In this document: positions 16,067 through 23,540 of the stretch, in pieces
Position numbering within the stretch: position 1 is the stretch's first letter
Layout: each line of letters begins with the position of its first letter
Assembly (NCBI GenBank): GCA_947085915.1
Contig: CAMTYD010000028.1
Coordinates: 1 to 48,730 of the forward strand
Reading direction: 5' to 3'
DNA from: an uncultured Parcubacteria group bacterium
Lineage (GTDB): Bacteria; Patescibacteriota; Minisyncoccia; Phycocordibacterales; UBA2100
DNA length: 48,730 bases
The notes under the pieces: model-generated
Databases searched by the model: none
What the model was told of the DNA's origin: nothing
The model's input: the letters and a program-made list of their open reading frames with translations, nothing else
Made by a program: the position numbers and the translations under genes

Positions 16067-18010
16067 ATGGAACCACAATCACCGTCCAATGGACCACGTC
16101 CGAGCACGAGCGCATCAAGTAATGCAGCGCGTCCGGCGTCTCCTTCCACCCGCCCGCATCCAAGCCGACCAGGTCACGGACGCCCCAGCCCCCGCCCGGG
16201 AAGTAAGCCGGGAACACGAACCGGCAGGCCGACCAGACATTTCGGTCGCCCCAGCCATCCACCACGTCGCGGAAAAGCCCGCGTTGAGCATCAAGCCGCG
16301 CCGCAGCGCAAGCAAATGAGTACTCCTATTCCCCCACCGGAAAAAGATACGGTCCGCATTATTCCTTTGGGTGGAGTCGAAGAAATCGGACGCAACATGA
16401 CGGCCGTCGAAGTTGGTGACGACATCTTTATCCTCGATTGTGGGTTCGCCTTCTCAGAAGGAGAAACTCCCGGCATTGATTACATTCTTCCCAATACCGG
16501 CTACCTCGAAGAGCGACGCGACAAGATTCGCGGACTTCTGATTTCACACGGTCACCTCGACCACATCGGCGGTATCCCCTACATCATCGACCGTATCGGC
16601 AACCCGACCATCTACACCCGCAAGCTGACAGGCATGATGATAAAGAAACGCCAGGAAGAATTCACCCAGACATCACCCGTCAACATCCGCGAAGTGGAAC
16701 GCGATGAGGTCATCAAGCTGGGGAGCGCGACGATACGCTTTTTCGGGGTCACGCACACCGTGCCTGATTCGATGGGTATCATTATAGAGACACCCTGGGG
16801 TGATGTGGTTTTCACCGGTGACATCAAACTCAACCACCTCGACGGCGAACCGTCCGACGAGGAAAAGCGGGAGTTCAGCATATTCAAAGACCGCAAAGTA
16901 CTTGCACTTCTCATGGACTCGACCAACGTCTGGCAACCGGGTTTCTCAATTCCCGAGTCAACGGTGTACCGCACACTTGAGAAAGTCATCAAAGATGCCA
17001 AGGGACGCCTCGTCGTCGCCATGTTTGCCTCGCACCTCGAGCGCCTCATCCGTGTCGTGCACTTCGCCGAAGAACACGGAAAGAAAATTGTTATCGACGG
17101 CCGGTCAATGCGCACCAACATCGAAATCGCTCGTGAGATAGGACTCATCAAATACAAAGATGACACCGTTGTCGCCGTCGAAAACATGGCGCAATATCCT
17201 GCGGAGAGGATTATCATCCTGGCAACGGGTGCTCAGGGGGACGAATTCGCTTCTCTCGCACGTATCGGCAACAAGACACACAAGTACATCCGTCTCCAGC
17301 CTACCGATACTGTGGTGCTCTCGTCTTCCGTTATTCCCGGTAACGAACGCGCCGTGCAAAAGCTCAAGGACAATCTCTCACGCCAAGGAGCACACATCAT
17401 TACCTACCACGCCTCCGACGTGCATGCCTCCGGTCACGGCAACCGCGAGGAAGCGGCATGGATACACAAGCAGATAAAACCAAAGTTCTTTATCCCGGTC
17501 CACGGCTATCACTACATGCTCCGCGTGCATGCCGACCTTGCTGTTGAGATGGGCGTCGCGCCAGAAAATGTCTGCATCCCCGACAACGGTTCGCTCGTGG
17601 ATATAAAGAGCGGAGAGAAAATCGCAAAGCATACTCTCAAGGCTCCCTCTGAGTTGCGCGTCGTCGAAGGTCACACCGTGAGCGAACTCTCTGATGTCTT
17701 GATGCGTGACCGCAAAGCGCTCGGACAAGAAGGTTTCTGCGTCGTCGTTGCGACCGTAGACCGCCGTTCTGGCAAACTGCACAAATCCCCCGATATTATC
17801 TCGCGCGGATTCGTCTATCTGCGAGACAACAAAGACCTCATGGATCAAACACGGCTCATCATCCGTAAATCCGTAGAGACATCCCTGCGCAATCCACGCG
17901 CAGCTGACCTCGATGCTGCAAGAGAAGATTTGGCCGATGCGGTCTCGCAATTCCTCCTCCAGAGAACGATGAAGCGTCCTATCGTGATTCCGGTTATCGT
18001 CTCTATTTAA
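16067..18010 (+). CDS. rnj: Ribonuclease J (metallo-beta-lactamase/beta-CASP) with an ~83-aa Pro/Arg/Ser-rich N-terminal extension
   Basis: HGHLDHIGG motif. IIPLGGVEEIGRNMT opens the catalytic domain, and beta-CASP and C-terminal domains are present. An alternative start at ATG 16316 would remove the low-complexity extension. Confidence 0.9.
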   Translation: MEPQSPSNGPRPSTSASSNAARPASPSTRPHPSRPGHGRPSPRPGSKPGTRTGRPTRHFGRPSHPPRRGKARVEHQAAPQRKQMSTPIPPPEKDTVRIIPLGGVEEIGRNMTAVEVGDDIFILDCGFAFSEGETPGIDYILPNTGYLEERRDKIRGLLISHGHLDHIGGIPYIIDRIGNPTIYTRKLTGMMIKKRQEEFTQTSPVNIREVERDEVIKLGSATIRFFGVTHTVPDSMGIIIETPWGDVVFTGDIKLNHLDGEPSDEEKREFSIFKDRKVLALLMDSTNVWQPGFSIPESTVYRTLEKVIKDAKGRLVVAMFASHLERLIRVVHFAEEHGKKIVIDGRSMRTNIEIAREIGLIKYKDDTVVAVENMAQYPAERIIILATGAQGDEFASLARIGNKTHKYIRLQPTDTVVLSSSVIPGNERAVQKLKDNLSRQGAHIITYHASDVHASGHGNREEAAWIHKQIKPKFFIPVHGYHYMLRVHADLAVEMGVAPENVCIPDNGSLVDIKSGEKIAKHTLKAPSELRVVEGHTVSELSDVLMRDRKALGQEGFCVVVATVDRRSGKLHKSPDIISRGFVYLRDNKDLMDQTRLIIRKSVETSLRNPRAADLDAAREDLADAVSQFLLQRTMKRPIVIPVIVSI

Positions 18011-18858
18011 GAGATACTCCACTTCCCTTTTTGTTTCTTAACGAGCCCGTCACGCGAAAGCGTTGCGAGCGCAATTTCGATTCTGTTTTTTTCGAACGGC
18101 AACTTGTTGAGTGCAGGTGTGTTTTTGTGTCTACTCGTGAGGTTTAGCCTCCCGAGGAGGTTCAACAAAGACATCGGCCCCCGGTGGAGTTCGCGCAAAA
18201 TTGCCCCGCGGACTTGGCGGAGTGAACCTTCGAACTTCGACTGCCGAACGTATCCCGAGCTTCGGCGTGCAGGATTCTTGTGTAGTTTTTTGATATGCAC
18301 ACCGTAATCCATGAGAGCCCAGTGCCACTCCCTTGGGTCCTGATTTTTGGCAACCTTTTCGGCATACATAATAATTCGACGGTCGTTGACTTGTTTTGTA
18401 TTCGGAAAGAAGTGGTGAATGAAGGCGGCACGCACGTTTGTTTCCAAGAGCACATCAGGCTCATTAAATGCGAATGCTTTCACTGCGGCCTTCGTATACG
18501 GACCGACTCCCGGTAACGGGTGTTCCAACGCTTGCCGGACATTGCCTTTATGCGTTCCGATAATCGCCTTCGCCGCATCATGTAAATACTTCCCTCTTCT
18601 GTTGTAGCCCAGACCACTCCAAAGCCTGAGGACGTCTGCGAGGGACGCCTTCGCAAGCGCACTGGCAGTCGGAAAATTCTCCAGGAATTCTTTGTACTTC
18701 TCTATAACACGCGGCACTTGGGTCTGCTGGAGCATCACCTCAGAGACCAAGATACGGTAGGGATTTTTTGTTTTTCTCCACGGCAGATTGTGTCGCCCAT
18801 GCGTACGATAATAAGTCCACACCGTTTTGCGGAAGTCGAGTATCTTTTTTTCAGTCAT
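18007..18858 (-). CDS. MutY-like HhH-GPD DNA glycosylase that is cysteine-free (no Fe-S cluster loop) and has no NUDIX domain
   Basis: LPWRKTKNPYRILVSEVMLQQTQV and LPGVGPYTKAAV (HhH-GPD) are present. The 283-aa protein contains no Cys, and its C-terminal ~80 aa are unrelated to the MutT-like domain. Confidence 0.8.
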   Translation of the reverse strand: MTEKKILDFRKTVWTYYRTHGRHNLPWRKTKNPYRILVSEVMLQQTQVPRVIEKYKEFLENFPTASALAKASLADVLRLWSGLGYNRRGKYLHDAAKAIIGTHKGNVRQALEHPLPGVGPYTKAAVKAFAFNEPDVLLETNVRAAFIHHFFPNTKQVNDRRIIMYAEKVAKNQDPREWHWALMDYGVHIKKLHKNPARRSSGYVRQSKFEGSLRQVRGAILRELHRGPMSLLNLLGRLNLTSRHKNTPALNKLPFEKNRIEIALATLSRDGLVKKQKGKWSIS

Positions 18859-19573
18859 GCGAGACGAGAGTCGGCCATTTCTCTTTAATCGTCTTTTTCA
18901 CTTGCTCATACCAAAATCCGTATCCATCACCCGTAAGATGCAGTCCATCCGGTGCGTAGTAGCGGACTGGGTCAGTCGCGAACGGGTCGGGGATGCTATA
19001 CAAATCCACATACGCAACATCGTGCGTCTTCGCAACAGCCATGAATTCTTCTCGGAGAGCAGCGGCTCGATGAGTCCACAAAAAACCAAATGGTCTTGGA
19101 AAAAGCGGTGCAGTCCCAATTTTTCCTCCCGTGAGAAGTACGACATGTTCAGAAAGTTCGCGACCCCGAGAGAGAACGGCATCCAGAGAAGCACGTGCTT
19201 CAGGGATTGAACCGAAGCGTATAACATCATTTGCCCCCACCTGAATAAGCACCACATCGTAGCGCATTTCTTGTATCTGTTTCAATTGACCTCCCACGTC
19301 ATCTACTCGCGCACCACTTTTTGACTTATTCTCTACCGCCGCATCCAGGTACGTACTCAGCCTACCCGCGACACTGCCCTCGCTGGGCGAGCCTACTCCC
19401 ACAGCAGTACTGTCTCCGAGCACAAGAAGACTGAGCAAGCCATCAGTTCGCTCGAAGCCATGCGCCTTCTCTACGAGTCCGCTGCTTATTTTTATCAGTC
19501 GTGTTATTCGAACCGCCTCGTAGCCAATGTAGGCGAGAAGAAAAAAACCGAGGAAAATAAATAAAAACTTCAT
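18851..19573 (-). CDS. SGNH/GDSL-family hydrolase, N-terminally anchored
   Basis: TM segment FLFIFLGFFLLAYIGY, then VLGDSTAVG (block I), GANDV (block III) and DGLHLT (block V). Confidence 0.85.
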   Translation of the reverse strand: MKFLFIFLGFFLLAYIGYEAVRITRLIKISSGLVEKAHGFERTDGLLSLLVLGDSTAVGVGSPSEGSVAGRLSTYLDAAVENKSKSGARVDDVGGQLKQIQEMRYDVVLIQVGANDVIRFGSIPEARASLDAVLSRGRELSEHVVLLTGGKIGTAPLFPRPFGFLWTHRAAALREEFMAVAKTHDVAYVDLYSIPDPFATDPVRYYAPDGLHLTGDGYGFWYEQVKKTIKEKWPTLVSHD

Positions 19574-19577
19574 GGCG

Positions 19578-20609
19578 TTATGCTGCTTGAGGGCGCGGAC
19601 TCGTGAGTAAATCTTTCATCATTCGTTGGTGAATATCCTGAGCGAGTTCCGGAAAATTGTATTTCGTAGCAAGACGCTCGAGATCCTGACGTGTCTCCGC
19701 ATCCGCAAGCTCGCCGACAAAATCCGGCCCGACACTCGTATTGAAAGAAAGGCCTGATTCTGAGGTAAATCCTCCTCCACGAAAGAAACCGTCGATCAGA
19801 CGTTCGACGACATCACCCGCAGAACCTCCTGATTTTTTTGCCACGTGCTCGGCAAGTCGGTACACAAACTCCCGCGCTCCGAGCGAGTCATTACTGGTGG
19901 ATAAATCCGTTCCCTTCATCAATTCGTCCCGCACATACGCATCATACATTTCTGCAGTGAGGATGCTTCCATCAGGTAGTTCAATCGGTTTTTCCTCCAA
20001 GTACATGCGCGCGGCGAGTTCACCTATTAATTCCATAATTCCTTCGTTGATAAGGTGACGAGGAGCGAGGACTTCCGTTTGAGTGACTACGACATCTTCG
20101 TACCCTGCTGAGAGACTCACATCTCCGTGTTTTGCTTTTCGTATGTCGACGAAACCCGTTGCGTGCGCATTTTCATGACATATCGCATCGAAGAGGACGG
20201 TAAACGCTTCCCGCGCAGAGTGCTCCTGCAAAAGCGATTTGAAATGGTCCCCGTTGAATGTGTTCGTACGCGCAATGTACGAGTGCGCTCCGATCTCCTG
20301 TTCTTGCTGAAGACTGACAACGAACGTACGCTCGGGAGGTACAACTTCCACCGTGCGATTCAATTCACCCCCACGGTCTGCGATATGCTGATAGACCGAC
20401 GCAAGCTTTTTATGGTCAATGCGGGAAAGACTGTCTCGTATCCACAACACGATGTCCGGATTCTCAGTCTCGTATCTACGAGCACCTTGTCGCAACCTGC
20501 TTGTAAGCTCTTTCTCATATATCGGGTCAACTCGTCCAACATTATCTTGAACAAATCCCGGCTCGACAGGTTCGACAGGTCCTCTAAAAGCGTCCATTCC
20601 TTGTTTCAT
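19578..20609 (-). CDS. Hypothetical protein with a gluzincin-like HExxH...E motif
   Basis: 343 aa with no signal peptide. ICHENAHATG (HExxH) is followed ~35 aa later by NEGIMELIGE. No family recognised. Confidence 0.6.
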   Translation of the reverse strand: MKQGMDAFRGPVEPVEPGFVQDNVGRVDPIYEKELTSRLRQGARRYETENPDIVLWIRDSLSRIDHKKLASVYQHIADRGGELNRTVEVVPPERTFVVSLQQEQEIGAHSYIARTNTFNGDHFKSLLQEHSAREAFTVLFDAICHENAHATGFVDIRKAKHGDVSLSAGYEDVVVTQTEVLAPRHLINEGIMELIGELAARMYLEEKPIELPDGSILTAEMYDAYVRDELMKGTDLSTSNDSLGAREFVYRLAEHVAKKSGGSAGDVVERLIDGFFRGGGFTSESGLSFNTSVGPDFVGELADAETRQDLERLATKYNFPELAQDIHQRMMKDLLTSPRPQAA

Positions 20610-20612
20610 ATA

Positions 20613-21350
20613 TCAAAGCTCATAGACGACATCTTTCCGTTCAACGACGACACCCCATTTCATCCGCTTGGCATAGCGATAGAGTTTGGAATTTGGGTTG
20701 AAACATATCGGCTTCGCGACCATTTCGAGGAAAGATATGTCAGACTCCGTGTCCCCCACTCCTATCGAATGTGCGAGCGTAAGATTTTCTTTTTCGACAG
20801 CGCGACGCACAATACTGGCTTTGTTTAATATCAAATGCTCCTCGATAATATTTCCTGTAAAACATTCCTGCGGCCCGATTTCGTAGAGCATGCCGTATGT
20901 CTTATCGAAGCCCAGTCGAGGACAGAATTTGTCGAGTACAGTCTTCGGAGAATGTGACACGGCCAGAAGAAAATATCCGCGCTTCTTGAGGTCTTTCAAT
21001 AAATCCCGCGTATACCGGTAGACACGCTTGGATTGTTCATCGACGACTTCCTCTGCCGCATCCGCAAGCGCGCTGTAGTGCACACCTTTCAGATGTTTGA
21101 CGAAGCCCTTCACGACCGCGCTGATGTATTCATCATAATCTCCTTCGCGATTGAGCCATCGCTCATATTCACGCTCATACACGCGCCGCGTTGAAGGTGG
21201 AAAGACTTCTTTTTCGATGAGGCGGTTGACCACCTGTATAAGGAGACTTGAGCGGAATATCGTCCCGTCTACATCAAATATCGCTACCCGTCTTTTGTCC
21301 TTCACCCCGTTAGAGGCCAGCTTCGTCCGTGTTTGATTGGTGATACTCAT
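20613..21350 (-). CDS. HAD-IB family hydrolase (phosphoserine-phosphatase-like)
   Basis: AIFDVDGTIFRSS (motif I), AVSHSP (motif II) and GVGDTESD (motif IV). Confidence 0.85.
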   Translation of the reverse strand: MSITNQTRTKLASNGVKDKRRVAIFDVDGTIFRSSLLIQVVNRLIEKEVFPPSTRRVYEREYERWLNREGDYDEYISAVVKGFVKHLKGVHYSALADAAEEVVDEQSKRVYRYTRDLLKDLKKRGYFLLAVSHSPKTVLDKFCPRLGFDKTYGMLYEIGPQECFTGNIIEEHLILNKASIVRRAVEKENLTLAHSIGVGDTESDISFLEMVAKPICFNPNSKLYRYAKRMKWGVVVERKDVVYEL

Positions 21351-21357
21351 ATTTGAA

Positions 21358-21363
21358 AATATA
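21358..21363 (-). promoter_or_regulatory. Candidate -10 box (TATATT) 7 nt upstream of the HAD-IB ATG
   Basis: The minus strand reads tatatt-ttcaaat-ATG with no SD. Confidence 0.3.
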
Positions 21364-21479
21364 GCTCGAAGCCTCTAACGGGGTTCATACCGCTATACTA
21401 CCGCCCTTGATTACAGAGCGCGAGGAGGAGATATGACTTTGTATCCAAAAGCCGTGTAATCTAGTATTCTAGGCCTACA

Positions 21480-22742
21480 ATGATGCAGAATTTCAAACTC
21501 GCCCTCTATTTCACCGTCGCCCGATATTTTAGATTTTTCGCCCGTATACGCCTCAATACCTGGAAGCCGCGGGTCGTTATAATCACAGGCTCCAACGGCA
21601 AGACGACCGCGCTCCATCTCACCGCCTGGCAGCTCGGACAAGGCGCAAAATATTCATTCAGAGCAAATAGCGCCTTCGGTGTACCCTTCGACATTCTTGG
21701 CCTCAAACGTACACGATATTCCCTTTTCGAATGGCCGTTCCTGTTTCTCCTGGCTCCAATTGCGGCGTTCAAAGGACCACATCAGGAAAAAATCTACATT
21801 GTTGAGATAGACGGTGACCGCCCCGGTGACGGAGATTTTTTCGGGCCATTTTTACAACCTGAAGTATGCGTGTGGCTGAGTTCTGCGCGGACGCACAGCA
21901 TGCTCTTTGAGAAATGCGTGGAGTCAGGTGAATTTGCGAACGTGGATGAAGCAATCGCGCACGGGTTTAGTCGATTCCTCGCACACACATCCAAGCTCGC
22001 AATCGTTAATGCGGACAATCCCTTAATTCTCGAGAACGCGCGCGCAATGAAAGTGCCTTTATACGAGATGATGGAACAAGAACTGCTCAGTTCGTATGCG
22101 GTACACACCGGAGGAAGCGAATTCGTCATCTCCAACGTTTCCTATCAGTTACCCTATATTCTTCCTAAAGAAATCTTCTATGGCATCGCCTCAGCTATAA
22201 AAATTGCCGAATACTTTGGAGTACGACCGACCAACGACCCTTCTGGACTACATATGCCACCGGGGCGGAGTTCTCTCTTCGCAGGTCTTAAAAATACGAC
22301 ACTCTTGGATAGCAGCTACAACGCGGACGTGGAATCAGTTTCCGCGATCCTGCGCACGGCAGAAGCGCTGCCGGGCGAAAAGTGGCTCGTGCTTGGCGAT
22401 TTGATTGAACAAGGCAAGCTTGAGCAGGAAGAGCACGAACGACTCGCCCGCATCGTTGCGGCGTCTGATTTCAAGCGTACCGTATTGGTCGGGCCGCGCA
22501 TGCGAAAGTATGTACAACCCATCCTCAAATCGAGCGGCACGGTGGTCGAATCATTCATCAGTCCCAAGGAAGCGCTCGACTATCTCGTGCCTTCACTTTC
22601 CGGCGGTGAGATACTTGTCTTCAAGGGTGCACGATTTTTGGAAGGTATCATAGAGCACTTACTCGCAGATAAGGCAGACGCCGCACAACTCTGCCGACGC
22701 GAAAAAGTCTGGGTCGCGCGGAGGAAAAAATTTGGACTATGA
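21480..22742 (+). CDS. Mur ligase family protein (MurF-like, lacking the usual N-terminal domain)
   Basis: VVIITGSNGKTT P-loop close to the N-terminus. DSSYNADVES and LVLGDLIEQG resemble the Mur ligase central and C-terminal domains. Confidence 0.75.
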   Translation: MMQNFKLALYFTVARYFRFFARIRLNTWKPRVVIITGSNGKTTALHLTAWQLGQGAKYSFRANSAFGVPFDILGLKRTRYSLFEWPFLFLLAPIAAFKGPHQEKIYIVEIDGDRPGDGDFFGPFLQPEVCVWLSSARTHSMLFEKCVESGEFANVDEAIAHGFSRFLAHTSKLAIVNADNPLILENARAMKVPLYEMMEQELLSSYAVHTGGSEFVISNVSYQLPYILPKEIFYGIASAIKIAEYFGVRPTNDPSGLHMPPGRSSLFAGLKNTTLLDSSYNADVESVSAILRTAEALPGEKWLVLGDLIEQGKLEQEEHERLARIVAASDFKRTVLVGPRMRKYVQPILKSSGTVVESFISPKEALDYLVPSLSGGEILVFKGARFLEGIIEHLLADKADAAQLCRREKVWVARRKKFGL

Positions 22743-22799
22743 ATCCCGCCCTTTCTCACATTTTTGTATGAAACTCATTACTAGTATAGAAAGAGCGGG

Positions 22800-23540
22800 A
22801 TGAAACTATTTATCTTACATGGATGGACATATCAGACCGAGACGTGGCAACCGCTCTTGAATCTTCTTGCTGCGCAAGGCATCGAATATGAGTTCCTGCG
22901 TATTCCCGGCCTTACCGATGGGACTGACCCCGTCTGGACGCTGGAAGACTATGTAGCTTGGCTGGAAGAAAAAACTGCAGGACACGAGAAGGTCATTCTC
23001 TACGGGCATTCGAATGGTGGGCGTATTTCGATTGCCTACGCCGCAAAACATCCTGACAAAGTTGCAGGCCTTATCCTCGAAGATAGCGCGGGGATTCCGG
23101 TCACGGGGCTTCGCCGTTTGAAACGTGATGTCTTCAAGACTATCTCGCGCGCCGGACGGTTGTTCTCGCGTTCCGATATGCTGCGACGGATTTTCTACAA
23201 AGTTATTCGTGAGGGTGATTACAGCGGAGCAACAGCCAACATGAAAAAAACGATGGCGAATTTACTTTCGGTCGACCTCTCTCTCGTCCTCAACCGCATT
23301 ACCTGTCCTACCCTTATCATCTGGGGAGTGGGCGACAAGACGACCCCGCTTTCCGCCGGCAAGCGCATTCACGAAGGTATCAAAAACTCTCGCATGGTTG
23401 TCATCGATGGCGCACGACATTCCCCGCACATCACACACTCTCAAAAAATTGCTGAGCTGATCAAAAAGGAAGTTGCATCAGCCCTAAAGGATTGCGATTT
23501 GCAACCAATCGCTTCGCTCTTGGGCAAATCGGGAATATGA
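22800..23540 (+). CDS. Alpha/beta-fold hydrolase
   Basis: GHSNGG nucleophile elbow. LILEDSAG and a C-terminal GARHSPH provide Asp/His candidates. Confidence 0.8.
   Translation: MKLFILHGWTYQTETWQPLLNLLAAQGIEYEFLRIPGLTDGTDPVWTLEDYVAWLEEKTAGHEKVILYGHSNGGRISIAYAAKHPDKVAGLILEDSAGIPVTGLRRLKRDVFKTISRAGRLFSRSDMLRRIFYKVIREGDYSGATANMKKTMANLLSVDLSLVLNRITCPTLIIWGVGDKTTPLSAGKRIHEGIKNSRMVVIDGARHSPHITHSQKIAELIKKEVASALKDCDLQPIASLLGKSGI

Noticed and set aside
18007-18010. Convergent RNase J and MutY-like genes share a TTAA holding both stop codons; glmS and the HAD-IA gene also overlap convergently by 18 nt (31217-31234)
   Set aside because: These overlaps are real but are a common consequence of genome compaction. 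They carry no evidence of a specific regulatory function.
22740-23540. An alternative genetic code (UGA recoded), as seen in some reduced-genome lineages
   Set aside because: TGA terminates well-defined genes here, for example at 22740-22742 and at the ATGA junction 23537-23540. All conserved proteins are full length under code 11.
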